Source of the DNA: the human T2T-CHM13v2.0 reference genome, Homo sapiens
Length of the DNA stretch: 64,000 bases
Assembly: GCF_009914755.1 (NCBI RefSeq)
Contig: NC_060930.1
Strand: one strand, 5' to 3'
Part shown: piece after piece, positions 12,471 through 26,016 of the stretch
How the letters are laid out: the number at the start of each line of letters is the position of its first letter
How positions within the stretch are numbered: the first letter of the stretch is position 1
The notes under the pieces: generated by a model
Database searches by the model: none
Seen by the model: the letters and a program-made list of their open reading frames with translations, nothing else
Told to the model about the DNA's origin: nothing
Made by a program: the position numbers and the translations under genes

Positions 12471-15215
12471 GAATGAAAACTTCTTGGGCCTCCACTTCCT
12501 TGTGTTTCTCCTCCTTCAGGGGAAAATGCTGTCTTTGTTTGTAACTTTCAGCGGAGACACTCCCAGGTGTCAATGTGTATCTCATCCACATGGTGCAATC
12601 TGCCATGTTCTGAGAGCTGGTCTCCATGGAGTTGGTTCCCAGCTTCCTTTTCTAGAGAGTGCCAGAGAGATTCCATATACAGAAGGTAAGCTGGAGGGCC
12701 AGGCCTTCTAGGCAAAGGTTTTGGATCTGGGGATTTGCAGAAGAAGGCAAGGCATATATGGAGTAGGGAAGAAAGGAAAAGGAGGGGAGTGATAGCAAGC
12801 AGCGTGCCCAGAAGAAAAGGGTGAAGGCTCACATTCAGTCACTTGTCACCGTTAAATATGAAAGGGCTGTCTTGAAGAGGTTGGCTGGATAGGGTTAGGA
12901 GGAGAACAGCCACGTGGGTGTCTGTGAGAAAGGAAATCTAGACTTACCACACTAGTGGCGGTACCTTCCCCTAACATCTCGGTTGATGAGAATGACGATG
13001 GAGAGTGTGTGAGGAGGAGGGACATGGTTCCTCTCTCTTCTCCATCCTGTCCCTGAGGAAGTTCTGCTCAGAGCAAGGGCTGCCAGCAAGAGAGAGTAAA
13101 GTTGGGGTGGAGGTGCTTACAGAGGGTGATATAGTATTGAGGTAATAGTGGAAGAATGGAGGCTCTGCGGAGAGCATGGGCCAACGTGCCTTGAGGATGG
13201 AGGAGGCATCAGGAAGGCTCAGGGATGCAGCCTGGACTTTGCCATCTAACATTCACAAGAGAAAACTCCCAAATCAGTCCCAGATTCTTCACACTGTCTC
13301 AGGTCCTCAGATTTTCTCTAACGCATGTGTTCAGCCATTCCTCTATCCGTTCTCCACATTTCCTGGGTCGCAACAGCCTTGTTGGCTGTGGAATGAGAAT
13401 GAGATGTGAGAGAAGGTCCAGCTGGCCTTGGGTTGAACTAAGCAGCTTCAAATAAAGAATGCCTCTGTAGTGGGTGTGAGGCCAGGCCACTGGCCCGAGC
13501 ATTTGGTGGTCAGGCATTCAGACTCTTCCTCTCACACTGACTCAGCCTGTGCCTTTGGGTGACTCGGTTTCTCAGGACTTTACACGGGGATAATGATACT
13601 CCCTACTTTGTGAGGGAGTATTAATTAAAGTTAGCAAACTGCGTGACAATGCTGGGATGAAAGGGGTTAAAAACAAAGTGTAATTGTGAGGCACAGTAAG
13701 TTGTGTCACTTACCATATGTGTTGTGATTAGAATCGATATAGACAGATAAAATTCATCTTAGAACATAGGCTCTGTGGAGAATGGGTCTCATTTTAGAAT
13801 GGTGTTGGAAGCCACCTTGGTCCCCGAACTAAAGTCAAGAGAAAAATGTGGATTTGCATGGGATGCGTGTTCGTGGGCTGACACTTCTCCCTATAGTCTT
13901 GTAAACAGTGAAGAAAGCTGATTTTCAAATGTCACATGTTCCAAGTTTTCCTTCAGAGACTTCATACCTTTGCTATTCAATCCTCACTCCTCACTGACAG
14001 AGATCTTGATGACAGGAAACACGTCCCCGGTGAGCACAGCTTGATGGCAGGTAAGGGATAAGGGGTGCCTTGGAGAACCAAACCTGAACACTTTTCCCCT
14101 CTCCATAAGTGGCCCTTCCTGAGAGACTAAAAAATGTGAGCTTCCTTATTCCAGTGGTCAAAGGCTGGCCGCCAGCATTTCTTCCTGGCCCCGGACACTG
14201 TTCCATGACCCTGGAGCTCCTCGGGACAAGAAGTCACACATGATGTGGCTGAGACAGAGCCGTGATTTCAGAGTGCTGCTCTCCTCTCTTTGTTTCACCA
14301 GTGCTGGCTGAGATCCTAGAGCAGTTTCTGCTGAATTGATCAAAATGATGTCGTGTGTGAGGCTAATTTTTGGAAATGGAAATCAGTGTCTCTTGGAGAA
14401 ACTAAAATGCCTGATAGGCCCCAGGGGAAGGCTGCAACCATCACATCACTGTGTGCTGGAGACTTCTGCAGGGGTTATGTGTGATGACGTGCTTGCCTCT
14501 ATGTCTTGAGGTATAAAGAAATTAAATAGTTAAGAAAAAAATGTCAGACTGAGAAACCCTGAAGAGCTTTAGATTCTCTCAGGTCTATCAAGTTAGGCAA
14601 CAACTGGGCCATCAGATCAGGGAATTCATGCATTCATTCAAGAGCTGTATTGATTTATTGAGCAATTTCTGTGTGCCAAGCGTGTTCTGAGTGTTGATGC
14701 AGCAGTGGACACACCAGACAAAAATTCCTGTCCTTGTGGATAGCGTTCTATTGGAGAGACATCCAAAGCAGAGGAAAACACTTATAGCATCACTACTTGA
14801 ATGATTAATTCTGTTTCCAGCTGTCCTGCAGCTGTCTGGGATTTGGACCTTGGTCTAATCCCAATCTTACTGCATCCCTTTCTCTATAAATTAGGAGCAG
14901 TGACATTGTCTAAAATGAGGACTAGTTGTTGCCATTGACTTTAGCTTAGAAGTAGGGGTGATAGTCATAATATTAGCAACTGGTATAATACAAGTGCTGA
15001 CCAATCATAATGGGCACCTGTAGTTCCTGCTAGCATTAAACCTTTAGATTCGAGGGTCTTGAGAGAAGGATTGAGGTAGCTGAGATGGCGAAAGATTCAG
15101 AGTGGGGGTACTTGGGGGCACTGGCTATTTACGAAATGGTACAGAAGTATTTCAATACTTTAAACATAGCCTGGTTAAATCCAGACAATACCAGATGAAT
15201 AGCAATCCACTGTTG

Positions 15216-15523
15216 TTTTTTGTTTTCTTTTTTTTTTTTTTTTTTGGTGGAGTCTCACTCTGTCACCCAGGCTGGAGTGCAATGGCATGATCTCGGCTCA
15301 CTGTGACCTCTGCCTCCCGGGTTCAAGCAATTCTGCTGCCTCAGACTTCTGAATATCTGGGATTACAGGCACGTGCCACCATGCCTGGCTGATATTTGTA
15401 TTTTTAGTAGATACGGGGTTTCACCGTGTTGGTCAGGCTGGTCTCGAACTCCTGACCTCATGATCTGCCCTCCTCAGCCTCCCAAAGTGCTGAGATTACA
15501 GGCATGAGCCACCGTGCCTGGCC
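15216..15523 (-). mobile_element. Full-length AluS
   Basis: Poly-T then ggagtctcactctgtcacccaggctggagtgc...gagccaccgtgcctggcc. Confidence 0.95.
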
Positions 15524-16249
15524 TTGTAATCCATTCTTGAAAGAATCTAGAGAAAAGGACATACCCATATGATGTCTTGGTCAATATGCTCACTGATAAA
15601 AGATCCAGCAACCAGCAGAGGACCTAGTACCAATTTAATATTTTGAACCAGGATTAGAATTCACAGATACTGAGTCTCCACAACCTTATAAAGTGACTTT
15701 GAAAACAAGATGGCCTTTAAAATTGTCATAAATGGCTGCCAGGTGGAGCAGGGCTGTGAGGGGCACCCAGCCTCTGTAAAAATAAATAGTCTTTATTGAA
15801 AAGAATGCAACAGCCCTGGAATATGCTTTGATGTGGCAATGGGTTTTTTTGGATCTCTTCTTGCCTGATCATTACTTGGTTTACACAGGACTTGGCCAGG
15901 GAGGAAGACACACCCCTTTGACAGGTAGACAGGAAGCACTATTGGCAGGGAGCAGCTGCGAAGCAATCCTAGTTGCCATCATTGGGGTGCTGGCATAGTA
16001 CTGGTCCTGCAGGTTTCTAACTTGTCATCCTAGCTGGTAATGTCTCCTGGTTTTTATGGAAGGCTTAATTGGAGAGTGTCTGATGCCTGAAGGACTTTCC
16101 TGGTTGACAACCTTGAAAATGGTGAAAGAAAGAAATTGAAACCAGGTAAGCTCTTCCTTGTGCATTCTTCCCTCCCTCACAGGTGGAGCCTGGCAAAAAA
16201 AAAAAAAAAAAAATACCTGTTCAATGAGATGCACAGTAAATGCAAGGAT

Positions 16250-16316
16250 GGCTGCAATGAATAGAGGCTGCCCAGAGAATGAATAGAGGCTGCAATGAAT
16301 AGAGGCTGCCCAGAGA
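16250..16316. repeat. Local tandem array, 3x AATGAATAGAGGCTGC
   Basis: Three perfect 16-mers, with CCAGAG after copies 1 and 3. Confidence 0.9.
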
Positions 16317-16734
16317 GTTACCTACCCACTTAACAGTCTCATCAAATTTGCTAACAAATTTGCCTGGTGAAAGAAAGATGTCGATGTCAATCGCTCATGC
16401 CCCTTTCAAAGGGAAATGTCCCCTGTGGCCCCAGTTGGTTGCTCACTTTTGTATTACATAACCAGTGGTGGCCAGAAGACCTCAGGGAAGGTAGTAGTTC
16501 ACAGACTTGCCAGAGTCCTGTGACAGGGCACCCACAGAGCTGGGCCAATCTAGCTTTGCCTTTTGTGTATGTGTCCCTGGACTATTGAGAGTCAAGGAGG
16601 GGGATATGTGGGTGCTGTAGCTGACAGTCGTTGGGTGGAATCAGAGTAGGGGTGCTTGAAGCATTCATGGCTGTGTTGGTCAGATGGTGGGGAGATTGTA
16701 GGGAAAAACACAGGTGCCATTGTGGAGTAACTGC

Positions 16735-17480
16735 TTCATTGCTTCATTCATTCATTCAGCCACTATTCATGAACACCTACTATGTGTCAGGCACACTGCT
16801 GCCTACAGGGGATACAGCAGTGAACAAAGTAGACAAAAATCCCAGGCCTCATGGAGCTGGCATTTTAGTGGGGGAGACAAAATAACAAAGAAAAGTAAGA
16901 AATATATATCAGGTAGTGATAAATCCTTGGGGCAAATTAGAAGTAATATAGAAAAAAATGGAGGGAGAATAAATGAAACAAGAGTGGTAAAACTTAGACA
17001 ACTGATTGGTGATGGATAGATAGGGGCTCATTTTACTATTTTTGAGTATACTTACCATTTCTTATAATAAAAAATTTAAACAAGAATGCAGGTAAGTTGG
17101 ATAAGAGATGTTACGGTAGTGTGGGCTTACAATTTTAGATCTCACTGAGTGGGAAGGCCTCACTGAGCTGACCTGTGAAAAAAGACCTACATGAAGTGAT
17201 AAGCAGATATCTGGGACAAGCATTCCAGGCACAGGGAACAGCATGTGCAAAACCCTGGAGACAAGAGTATTCCTGGAGTGTGAAAGGACTACAAGGTGAG
17301 CAGCATGGCCAAGGCAGGGTGGCTGAGGAGGAGGCAGTAGATGGGGCAGGGCAGGGGGAGGAGGATCACACAGGGCCTGTGAGTCATGGGGGGGATTTTG
17401 CCTTTTACTCTGGGTGAGATGCGGGGCCACCAGAGCATTCTGAACAGAGGAATGACACGACCTAACATGGGTTTTGGCAG
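16735..17480 (-). mobile_element. L2 3' region (with small L1-like insert at about 16940-17085)
   Basis: cattcattcattca...cacctactatgtgtcaggcac...gcattccaggcacagggaacagcatgtgcaaaaccctg. Confidence 0.85.
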
Positions 17481-17792
17481 TTCTTGGAGCTTTGGGAGTG
17501 AAGGTCCGCTAATCCCTACGTATGGGGTCCACTGAGCATCCCTGAAGGCAGGTGCTTTTAAGACCTAGTTCTGTTATAGCTTCTGTTCTTAGATGAAGCA
17601 AAGGAGCCCATTTATTTTTTTGTTCCTCCATGTAACCCCACAAAAAATCACGTTTGTTCAAGATAGCTTCAGTGAGACTCTATCAAATTGAAACAAACTG
17701 CAGGAACAGACACTTTTTCTCAGTGCATGGCTGCCACTCTTGGAGAGCAGGAAAGATGTGCAGTAGGAGCACCTGAGCGGCTCTTCACCACA

Positions 17793-17875
17793 GCTCAGGA
17801 AGGGAGGGGAGGACTCTGAGGCTCAGGAGGAGAGGGGAGGACTCCATGGCTCAGGAAAAGTGGGAAGAATACCAC
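17793..17875. repeat. Degenerate 28-bp minisatellite, about 3 units
   Basis: gctcaggaagggaggggaggactctgag / gctcaggaggagaggggaggactccatg / gctcaggaaaagtgggaagaatacc. Confidence 0.8.
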
Positions 17876-20006
17876 AAAGTCTGTGCAAGGTGAGATCTCT
17901 CTCTGATTCATAGGTCTTCCACTGGTCTAAGGCTCTTTAAGAAACTTTAAGACAAAAAAGTACACTTGAACCAAAAGCAAATTTAGGTGTATATACATAT
18001 TTATTTATTTTTAAATCTCATGAGAAATAATAAAACACAAAGACATTCCCTGTGCTCCTCAAGTAGTAAAATCTGAACCATTACCTGGAAGTTAAAGGGC
18101 ATAAATAACTGAGTGGAGGTGGCTGTAAGGAGAAGCACTTTAATGAGTATTCCCTGCTGTATTTGATTGTTCAACTAGGCTTCTTCCATGAGGATCTTAT
18201 TTTCCCTGGCATTTATCACGTCAGTAAGGTAGAGGAGCTCCTATCTGAAAATAGCACCTAGCGCTAAGTCTGTCTAAGGCCTCCCGTCCCTTCAGTCCCT
18301 GAAGCTAGCTTCTCTCCTCACTCCCATCTAAACCTGAAAAAGTCAACCCTCTCATTAGGCCTTGCCCACAAATACCTCCATCAAAGCTAGGACTCACACA
18401 GGAAAATGTGCTGCAGGAGCCCATGTGACTTCCTCACATAAGAATGTGACAAAACCAGTTTCCAGAGAGCTCTCATGCTCTGACTAATGAATGAGCAAGT
18501 ATGAGCCGGATAGCTTCTTCTCACATTATTTTGCCTGTGGAATCCTTTTGTACTCAAGATGCCTGAGCCAAATGCTACATTTATTTTCCATGTAAAGGTT
18601 TTACTGGGAAAGGAAAATTTTTTAAAGATTTTTTAAAAATCCATTGTGTTCTTTTGCCGTGTGGTAGGAAGAAACATCGCAGCCTTAGGGCTAATTAGCG
18701 TTTATGTAGTGTTCATATAGATTGCTCTATATTCCCCTCATATTTACAGTCTGTCATCATTTTACATCTATAAACTACCTTTCCTCCATTAAATTTAATA
18801 ATCTTGTTTTACAGAAAATGGCAGAGCAGGTGGAGAAGGTGGTCAAATGCCTTAGCATGGATCATATGGTTGTGGTGAAAGAGTTAGAATGCACACTACT
18901 CAGTGTTGATGTACACAGAGAAGCAATGCTCCCGGGCTGGGGCCCACCCCAAACCAGCACAATTAAACCCGTTTACAGTTGTTATCCAAGCAACCTGACA
19001 TGGTTTCTGTACTTGGATCAACATTGAGTCCTTCTCCAGAACGTGATAGAAACATAAGGCAGAAGAAGGCTTTAGCCTACTCATGGAGGGCATTTTCTAT
19101 TTCTTTTCTTTGATTCAACTTGAACACCTGACTGAGGGAGGCAAAATTCCAAGATCGGCCCTGGCAGTTAGGGCTCCTCTGTTGCAAAGGCTCTTGTGTA
19201 GCAAGGACATTAGTTCTTCTAGGCCATGAGGGTACTATTTAGAAGGGCCCTGGGAGGGAGATTATTCCCCTGATTTTGCAGCAAACCCATCTTTAGGAAA
19301 AAATGACCTAGGTATTGAGGTAATTCTGGTTCCAATGTAACTTTGCTCCTATCTTTCTTTCCGTCTTAAGTAGGCAAATCAGAATAATTTCAGTGTATTG
19401 CTATGAGCAGGGAAACAATGAAAACTATAAGCCTATTCACAGCTGCCCAAACCTATCCTGAGAAGCAAACTGGTTCTCAAAATACGATCAGCTAATGACA
19501 CATTCTATACATACCTGCCACTTTATTAATGTGCTGAAAGCCAAATTGATTTGTTCTGGTTCTTCATCAAGGTTACCCAAAGCCTGAACCTGGTGTTTTT
19601 CACTGGGTGTGATTCTTCAGTTCAAAACAATGATGGACATTTTTCTTCCTTAGGGGACTGTTATGATCATTTTACTTCTTATGTTAGCTGTTGTAACAAA
19701 TAGACCAGTTTTTCATGGTTAACGTAATAGAACTTTATTTCTTCCTCAGTTTTTACTTGGCAAGTGGCATTTCCCTGGGTGATCCTGAGACACAGACTTC
19801 TTCTGTCTTACCTGCCATCCCTTGGATCTTACGTTATCTGCATCAAGTGGGCAGAATGGAAAGAGAATAGGAAGTTCCGATCTAGAAGGCACATTTCTGC
19901 ACATATTCCAATTGTGAGAACAAGCCACATGGCCACACTTAGAAGCAAACAAAGCTGGGAAACATGGTCTCTGGCTGGGCAGCCAGTTATCAGCAGTAAC
20001 TCTCTT

Positions 20007-20371
20007 CAGATGCTCTTCAACCTACAATGTGGCTCTGTCCCAATAAACCCATTGTAAGTTAAAAATATCATAAATTGAAACGCATTTTCTACACCTAACC
20101 TACCAAACAACATAGCTTAGGCTAGCCTACCTCAAACATGCTCAGAATACTTATATTAGCCTTCAGTTGGGCAAAATCATCAAACACAAAGCCTATTTTA
20201 TGATGAAGTGTTGAATATCTCATGTAATTTATTGAATGCCATACCGCAAGTGAAAAACAGAATGGCTGTATGGGCACTTGAAGTATGGTGTCTACTGAAT
20301 CTGTATTGCTTTTGCATTATTGTAAAGTTGTAAAATTGTAGGTTGAACCATTGTAAGCTGAGGACCCTCTG
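20007..20371. mobile_element. MER47A (TcMar-Tigger) DNA transposon inserted in an old MLT-like LTR (about 19665-20420)
   Basis: cagatgctc..aacctacaatg...acacctaacctacc...catagcttaggctagcctacc...aaccattgtaagctgaggaccctctg, about 365 bp with TIRs. Confidence 0.85.
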
Positions 20372-20723
20372 TATTAGGAAAGGGGGAGTAAAACTGTTGG
20401 TAAATATCTAGCCATCTCTGTCCCATTTCCTTTGGTAATGAAAGTAATGAAAGTTGATTATTTTCTGTGGTCCTTTAAACCCTAGTGCCACTTTAGAAGG
20501 TGCCCAAATTTCACCTTCTGCTCCTTACACAAAATCTTCAAGTGTCTGGAAAAGCCATAGAGCAAGGGACTATGCTGCATGCCTATTGCGTATGGGTTCA
20601 GGCATGTCAGGGCCTGTCCAAAGGCTGGAAGGAAATCTGTTTGCATGAGATCTTAATGAGCTTCAAGGAGAGACAGTGGGTGGCTGAGCTGGGAATGAAG
20701 ACAGGAACCCTTTGCTTTCCATG

Positions 20724-21351
20724 TGATACAGGAGATAGAAAGAAAATATTTAGGCAGATAGTGAGGGCAAAAGATTCCTTAGCAGAACTTCCCTTCTAAC
20801 AAAAAGCAGCCCCAGAAATAATTTTTTTTTCTAACAAAGAGCAGCCTGAAAGATTGAGCTGCAAGCATAAACAACGAAGCTGGGAGCTTGCACAGGGGAA
20901 CGCTGGCAACTGCGCCAATAGAAAAGGGCTACCTGGGGGCCAGGCATGTCCACCATGGAAGCTCCATCTTCCCTTTTTTGTTAGCATGTGTACTGTGGGC
21001 AACATGGTGCAGCTCAGGCTGAAAACCCACCTGCATAATAAAAGACTGGGGTGGAGATGGCCAGAGATTCGCACCCTACGCAAATGGCATACCTGGTCCT
21101 AACCAGTTTTTCGCATTCTATGTAGATCAGACACCGCCTCCCCACCAGCTCATCTATAAAACTCCCTGCATTTCACTGCAGATAGGCAATTCATTTTTCT
21201 GGGACCCCTCGCTGTAGCAAAGAGCTATTCTCTTTCATTCACCTATTAAACTTCTGCTCTTAACCTCACTCTTTGTGTGTCTGCGTCCTTGGTCTCCTTG
21301 GCTGTGAGACAACAAACCTTGGATGTCACCCTAGACAACAAGGCCACTTCA
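20724..21351 (+). mobile_element. Solo ERV1 LTR, LTR9 (HUERS-P3/MER61-related)
   Basis: TG...CA ends, 4-bp TSD CATG (20720-20723 and 21352-21355), CCAAT at about 20915, TATAAA at 21155-21160, ATTAAA at 21245-21250; start matches LTR9 as I recall it. Confidence 0.85.
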
Positions 21352-21489
21352 CATGCAGAGACTTGGATGGGGAAGGACCCACTATGAGGGAAGAAGAAGG
21401 GCTGAAACTTTTAGGTCTGTAGATTCTGCAGAAAGCATGGGCTGGCTGTATGGGATCAGAATGTTGGGATGTAATTAAGGACAGCATTA

Positions 21490-21990
21490 TTGGGTGTTCT
21501 TACTATTGAGAATCAAACCTTCTACACAGGCTTCTGTCTACACATGACTTTATTCTACTGCTTTCATCAAAGTAACTTTATTATTCCAGGCAACTCTCGC
21601 CAGAGAGAAAAAAGTTACAGATAACTTCATTGACTTTAGCAGGACTACCTGAAAGACCTATCTACTCTTTAAGATAAAACATCAAATGACATTTTACACC
21701 CTAAGACTCTTGAAACCTCTTGCCTCAAAATTCTGCCTTGTTTTTTTTTCCAGCAATCCTAAATTATAATATCATGATCCTTGCTCAAACCTAACCATAC
21801 GCCCGCATTGAAAGACCTACCTAAAACCAGATCTTACAATCTTAATAAACATGCCTTCTCAGCCCTCTCCTTTCAAGTTGCTTCCAAGACTCTGAGGAGC
21901 AGTATTTTTCTTTACTCCCGTAGGCAATAAACTTAGCTTTGACTTATCAACAGGTTGCTTTGGTGATAGTTTGCACAGCCAGCATTCCAC
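21490..21990 (+). mobile_element. Old LTR fragment (MER90/MER110-like, family uncertain)
   Basis: LTR-like 3' end gcaataaacttagctttgacttatcaacaggttg. Confidence 0.4.
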
Positions 21991-24427
21991 AATATCTCCT
22001 AGTTTGGAGGACATGTGCTATGTTCCAATGGTAAGGGAAACTAAAAAGATAAAAATTTTACTCAAATGAAAAAGTGGTTCCATTGGCAGCTCCAAGCCAC
22101 TGACTGGGCCCAACTGTCTCACACTTTGGAATAATAAAGTCCTTTAAGCACTAGTGGAAGAAGGACTCCACTTCTAGACTGTGATCCATAGAAACACAAC
22201 AAAGTAACTAGTGGAGCGGCAGGACAGCCAGGAGGCAGAGGTCCTTGCAGGAAGACTCTTCAAGGTAGAGAGTGGCAGAGGCAGGAGGAAAGTGTTGGCT
22301 GCCCAGAGTACACCCAGGACATGTCAGGAACTCTTGCACAGGCAGCAGTGATGATTTCATGAATGGTGCGCTTAGCTTACTTACTAGTTACTTTTCTCTA
22401 TACTGTATTCCCCAAACCCAGGGATGCATGGTTATACATAAAAGATTGGCATCAGAAAGGCCCATGGTCATAAAAAATGAGTCCTTCAGTTATCAGCCCA
22501 GATAACCAAGCAGCCACTAGAAAGAGAAAGTATGGCAAGTGGGTTAATACCAAGCAGGAGAATGCCTGTGAATGCATGCTTGAATGGAAATGAATGAGAG
22601 AGGATAAGAACCTATGGGCTCTGGGCTATGGGGAAATGAAGGCATAAAGGGACTAAAGAACACGTGATACTTAAAGTAGAAAGGAGTTGAGATCCCAGAA
22701 CAGGCTAGGGTTAAGAGGCTGCCTTCTCCATAAACTGAGATCCTAGGACCCCTTCAGGACCCCTCCTACAACAGATTTTGGGCTAACATCTAATTCTCTG
22801 CTGGGTTAGGCAAGAGGAAAGGAAACACAGAGGATTTGTAATCTCAGCAGGGTAAAGATTTGTATGAAATGCCCCTGTGAAAACCTTCACTTCCCTTGAG
22901 AAAAGTATCAGGCCATAGGTCAGTCACACTGTAAATGAAATGAGCTAGTCAGCTTACTTGCCTTCTGACATTTATATGAGGAGGGAGAAATTCGAGTTTG
23001 TGTAAGGGTAGGAGGCTTTGAGAGGTATGGGGTATTGGGGGAAGAGGGAGAAGTTATGCAGAGCTTGACACACTTCAGAAGAAATCAGGTGTGACAGGAT
23101 GTTGTAATGGGGCCCTGAAACCAGAGGAAATAGTATGACATTCAATGTGTGTATGTGCCGGGTGTTCACAGGTGAGAAGGGGACCAAACAATATGAGGAC
23201 CTACTCATAAATTTGTTTCCTAGACCAGAAATCCTGCATTTTGGGACTAGTGTTGGCTCAATATTCTAGAGGTTTTAATCTGTATGATGAAAATATTTGG
23301 TTAGCACTGGCCTGTATGTCTGAAGAATACATATTTCATTTTAAAGGTGGTTAGAAAAGAAATATTCTGAACAAAACAGACACCTCAAAGATCTGAGCTT
23401 TATATATAAGGGCAGCATCACCTTTTTCTGTTAGGCGGGACAGATCATCTGGTTGGGGATTCTAGAGTCTTACCACTCTCAAACCCAACTGCTGAGAAAC
23501 CCACACTGAAAACTGAGAAGTCAGGCTTATGTCTTGAGACTAAACCCTAGTGACGTCCAGCTGAGCTTTCAGTTAACTGTTTTGAGATATGGTGAGAATA
23601 GCAAACTCTCCTTTCTCCTAGTTCTCTGCTGTCAAATGGAGAAAAACAAAAACAAGGGTCAGAGAGCTATTTTTATTGAAGATCTCAAGAAGGACCAAGT
23701 CATTCATCAAGTGGAGCGGATGTGGTCAGGAAAAAGGACTGGCCAGAGAAAATCCATCTGCAGAGCCTCATCCTTATTGGTCATTTTTCCCCAAAAGACA
23801 TCCCAGGATTCCTGTATCCTCTGAATGTGACCCATCGCCACCTTCATCATCAGCCTCATCATCATCAATGTTTACTTATTTTAACCAATAGATACACAAT
23901 ATAAAATTCTTGGATGAAGAATAGCATTTTTTGAACTCACCTTTAATACAGAGAAGTATGGAGAGGTTAAACAAATAAAAGGATAGGCTACAATCTCAAT
24001 TTTGATAAATCAATTTTTAAAAACCTGTCAATGGTTATAAAATGCAAATATACAAATAGGTATATTTGCATAATTTGTTTATTTGCCGTCTGATTGATGG
24101 ACACATCCTACTTATTTATTTTTTGGTATTACACATTTTATTGCTATGAATATCCTCAAATGAACAACTTGGTGAACTTTTAGACATATACCCATAAGTT
24201 AAAGTCCTAGCACTGGGTTGGTTGAGTTAAAGGCTGCATGCATAAAAATCATGGTAGGTCATAGTTACCCTTTATTGAATAACTAATTTGGGCCAAGAAA
24301 AGTTTTATATGTTATTTTTAATCCTCACAACAATCTTTCAAGGTCATTGATAGTATTAGTGATTACAGGTGAGGGTGAACTGAACTTCAGGGAGGAGGAG
24401 GCTGTTTTGACGAATGCCTATTAACCT

Positions 24428-24835
24428 CTGTAGGGAAGGCATTAGGTTCAAGAGGCTGAAGAAGAGACCCAGAGCCAGAAAACGAGACTTGGGGTTTTAT
24501 TAGGGGATCACATGCAGGGGAGAGAGTCAATGACAGTGGGCTGGACAAGATATCTGTATGGTCTGGTGGCAGCAGGATGGGTAGGAGAACCAAAGCTGCT
24601 TGCAAACATCATGCAGTTTATACAGCATTTTCACTAACACCCTCCCCTTAATGACCTCCACCTCGCAATGTCCATTAAGGCTCCGGGCCTCAATCCTCTG
24701 TATGGCCCGTGTCCCACGGGATGGGCTGGGAGCTCAGATGTTACTCATAGACAAGGAATAAATCTCTGGATTGGCCACTCCTGGATTCCATAGCTGGGAG
24801 CACACATTCAGATGCATCTGTCATACAAGGTCATT
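24428..24835 (-). mobile_element. LTR (possibly LTR32-type ERVL), inserted in a MIR
   Basis: Starts tgtagggaagg, has reverse poly(A) signal ttttatt at about 24495-24501; MIR text on both sides. Confidence 0.55.
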
Positions 24836-25624
24836 CAGACTACAGGGACCTCCCCCGACCCTAGGTAACAGAGCTGAAGAGTGGCTGAACTAGAATTCAG
24901 TCCCGAGTCTTTCCAACTTGGAACTGACACAGTCATCTGAAGGCTACAAATAACGTTGAAGAGAAGATCATAAAGCTGGAGAATCCTGGCCATCTCTTAG
25001 TCCACACCTCACCCTTTCAGACGTGGCAGGGAGACCCTGAGAAGCTTAGTGTCTTGCCAAAGGCTATAGAGGTAAGATGGGACCGGGACCCTGCCTCCCA
25101 GGACAGCGACCTTTACAGTACACTAGTGGTTTTGTATGTCTGGGGCCACAGAAGCCCTTTTTCCAAAAAAGCTTGTGTACAACGGCTAAGCTCAGGTTGC
25201 TCTGCTTGAATCATGGGAGGAAGCCCCAGAGCCTGCTTCTGTCTTGTTTTCTACTTTTCTCTCTCCCAAGGCATTTCTGGGGAGCACGGTTTGAAAAACA
25301 TCCTTTTTAATACTGTCTTTGAATGATTTTTTTGGTATGAAAATAAATTTTTAAAGTGAAATAAAAAAAAAAAAGAAAAACACTTGTCTATAGCACAGCT
25401 ATCTCTGTGTGTGGGGTCCATCATTCTTTCTAGTTGCTTTGAGCAAACACAAAACCTCTAACTTCTTTTTTTAAAATGGAAGACTTGGGGGCCACCCTTT
25501 GTGCTGTGGTTTCTTTGGCCTTATCCCATTGTCCAGGGGAGGCATTGGTGATGGAGCTTGTTCATTTTTCTTGTGCTCATTGGATATGCGATCACAGAAG
25601 ATGTATCTAGGACTCTGGAAGTCA

Positions 25625-26016
<392 letters not shown>

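Noticed and set aside
16250-17875. Short direct repeats as a CRISPR-like array
   Set aside because: Eukaryotic DNA; the repeats are tandem slippage products without unique equal-length spacers or cas genes.
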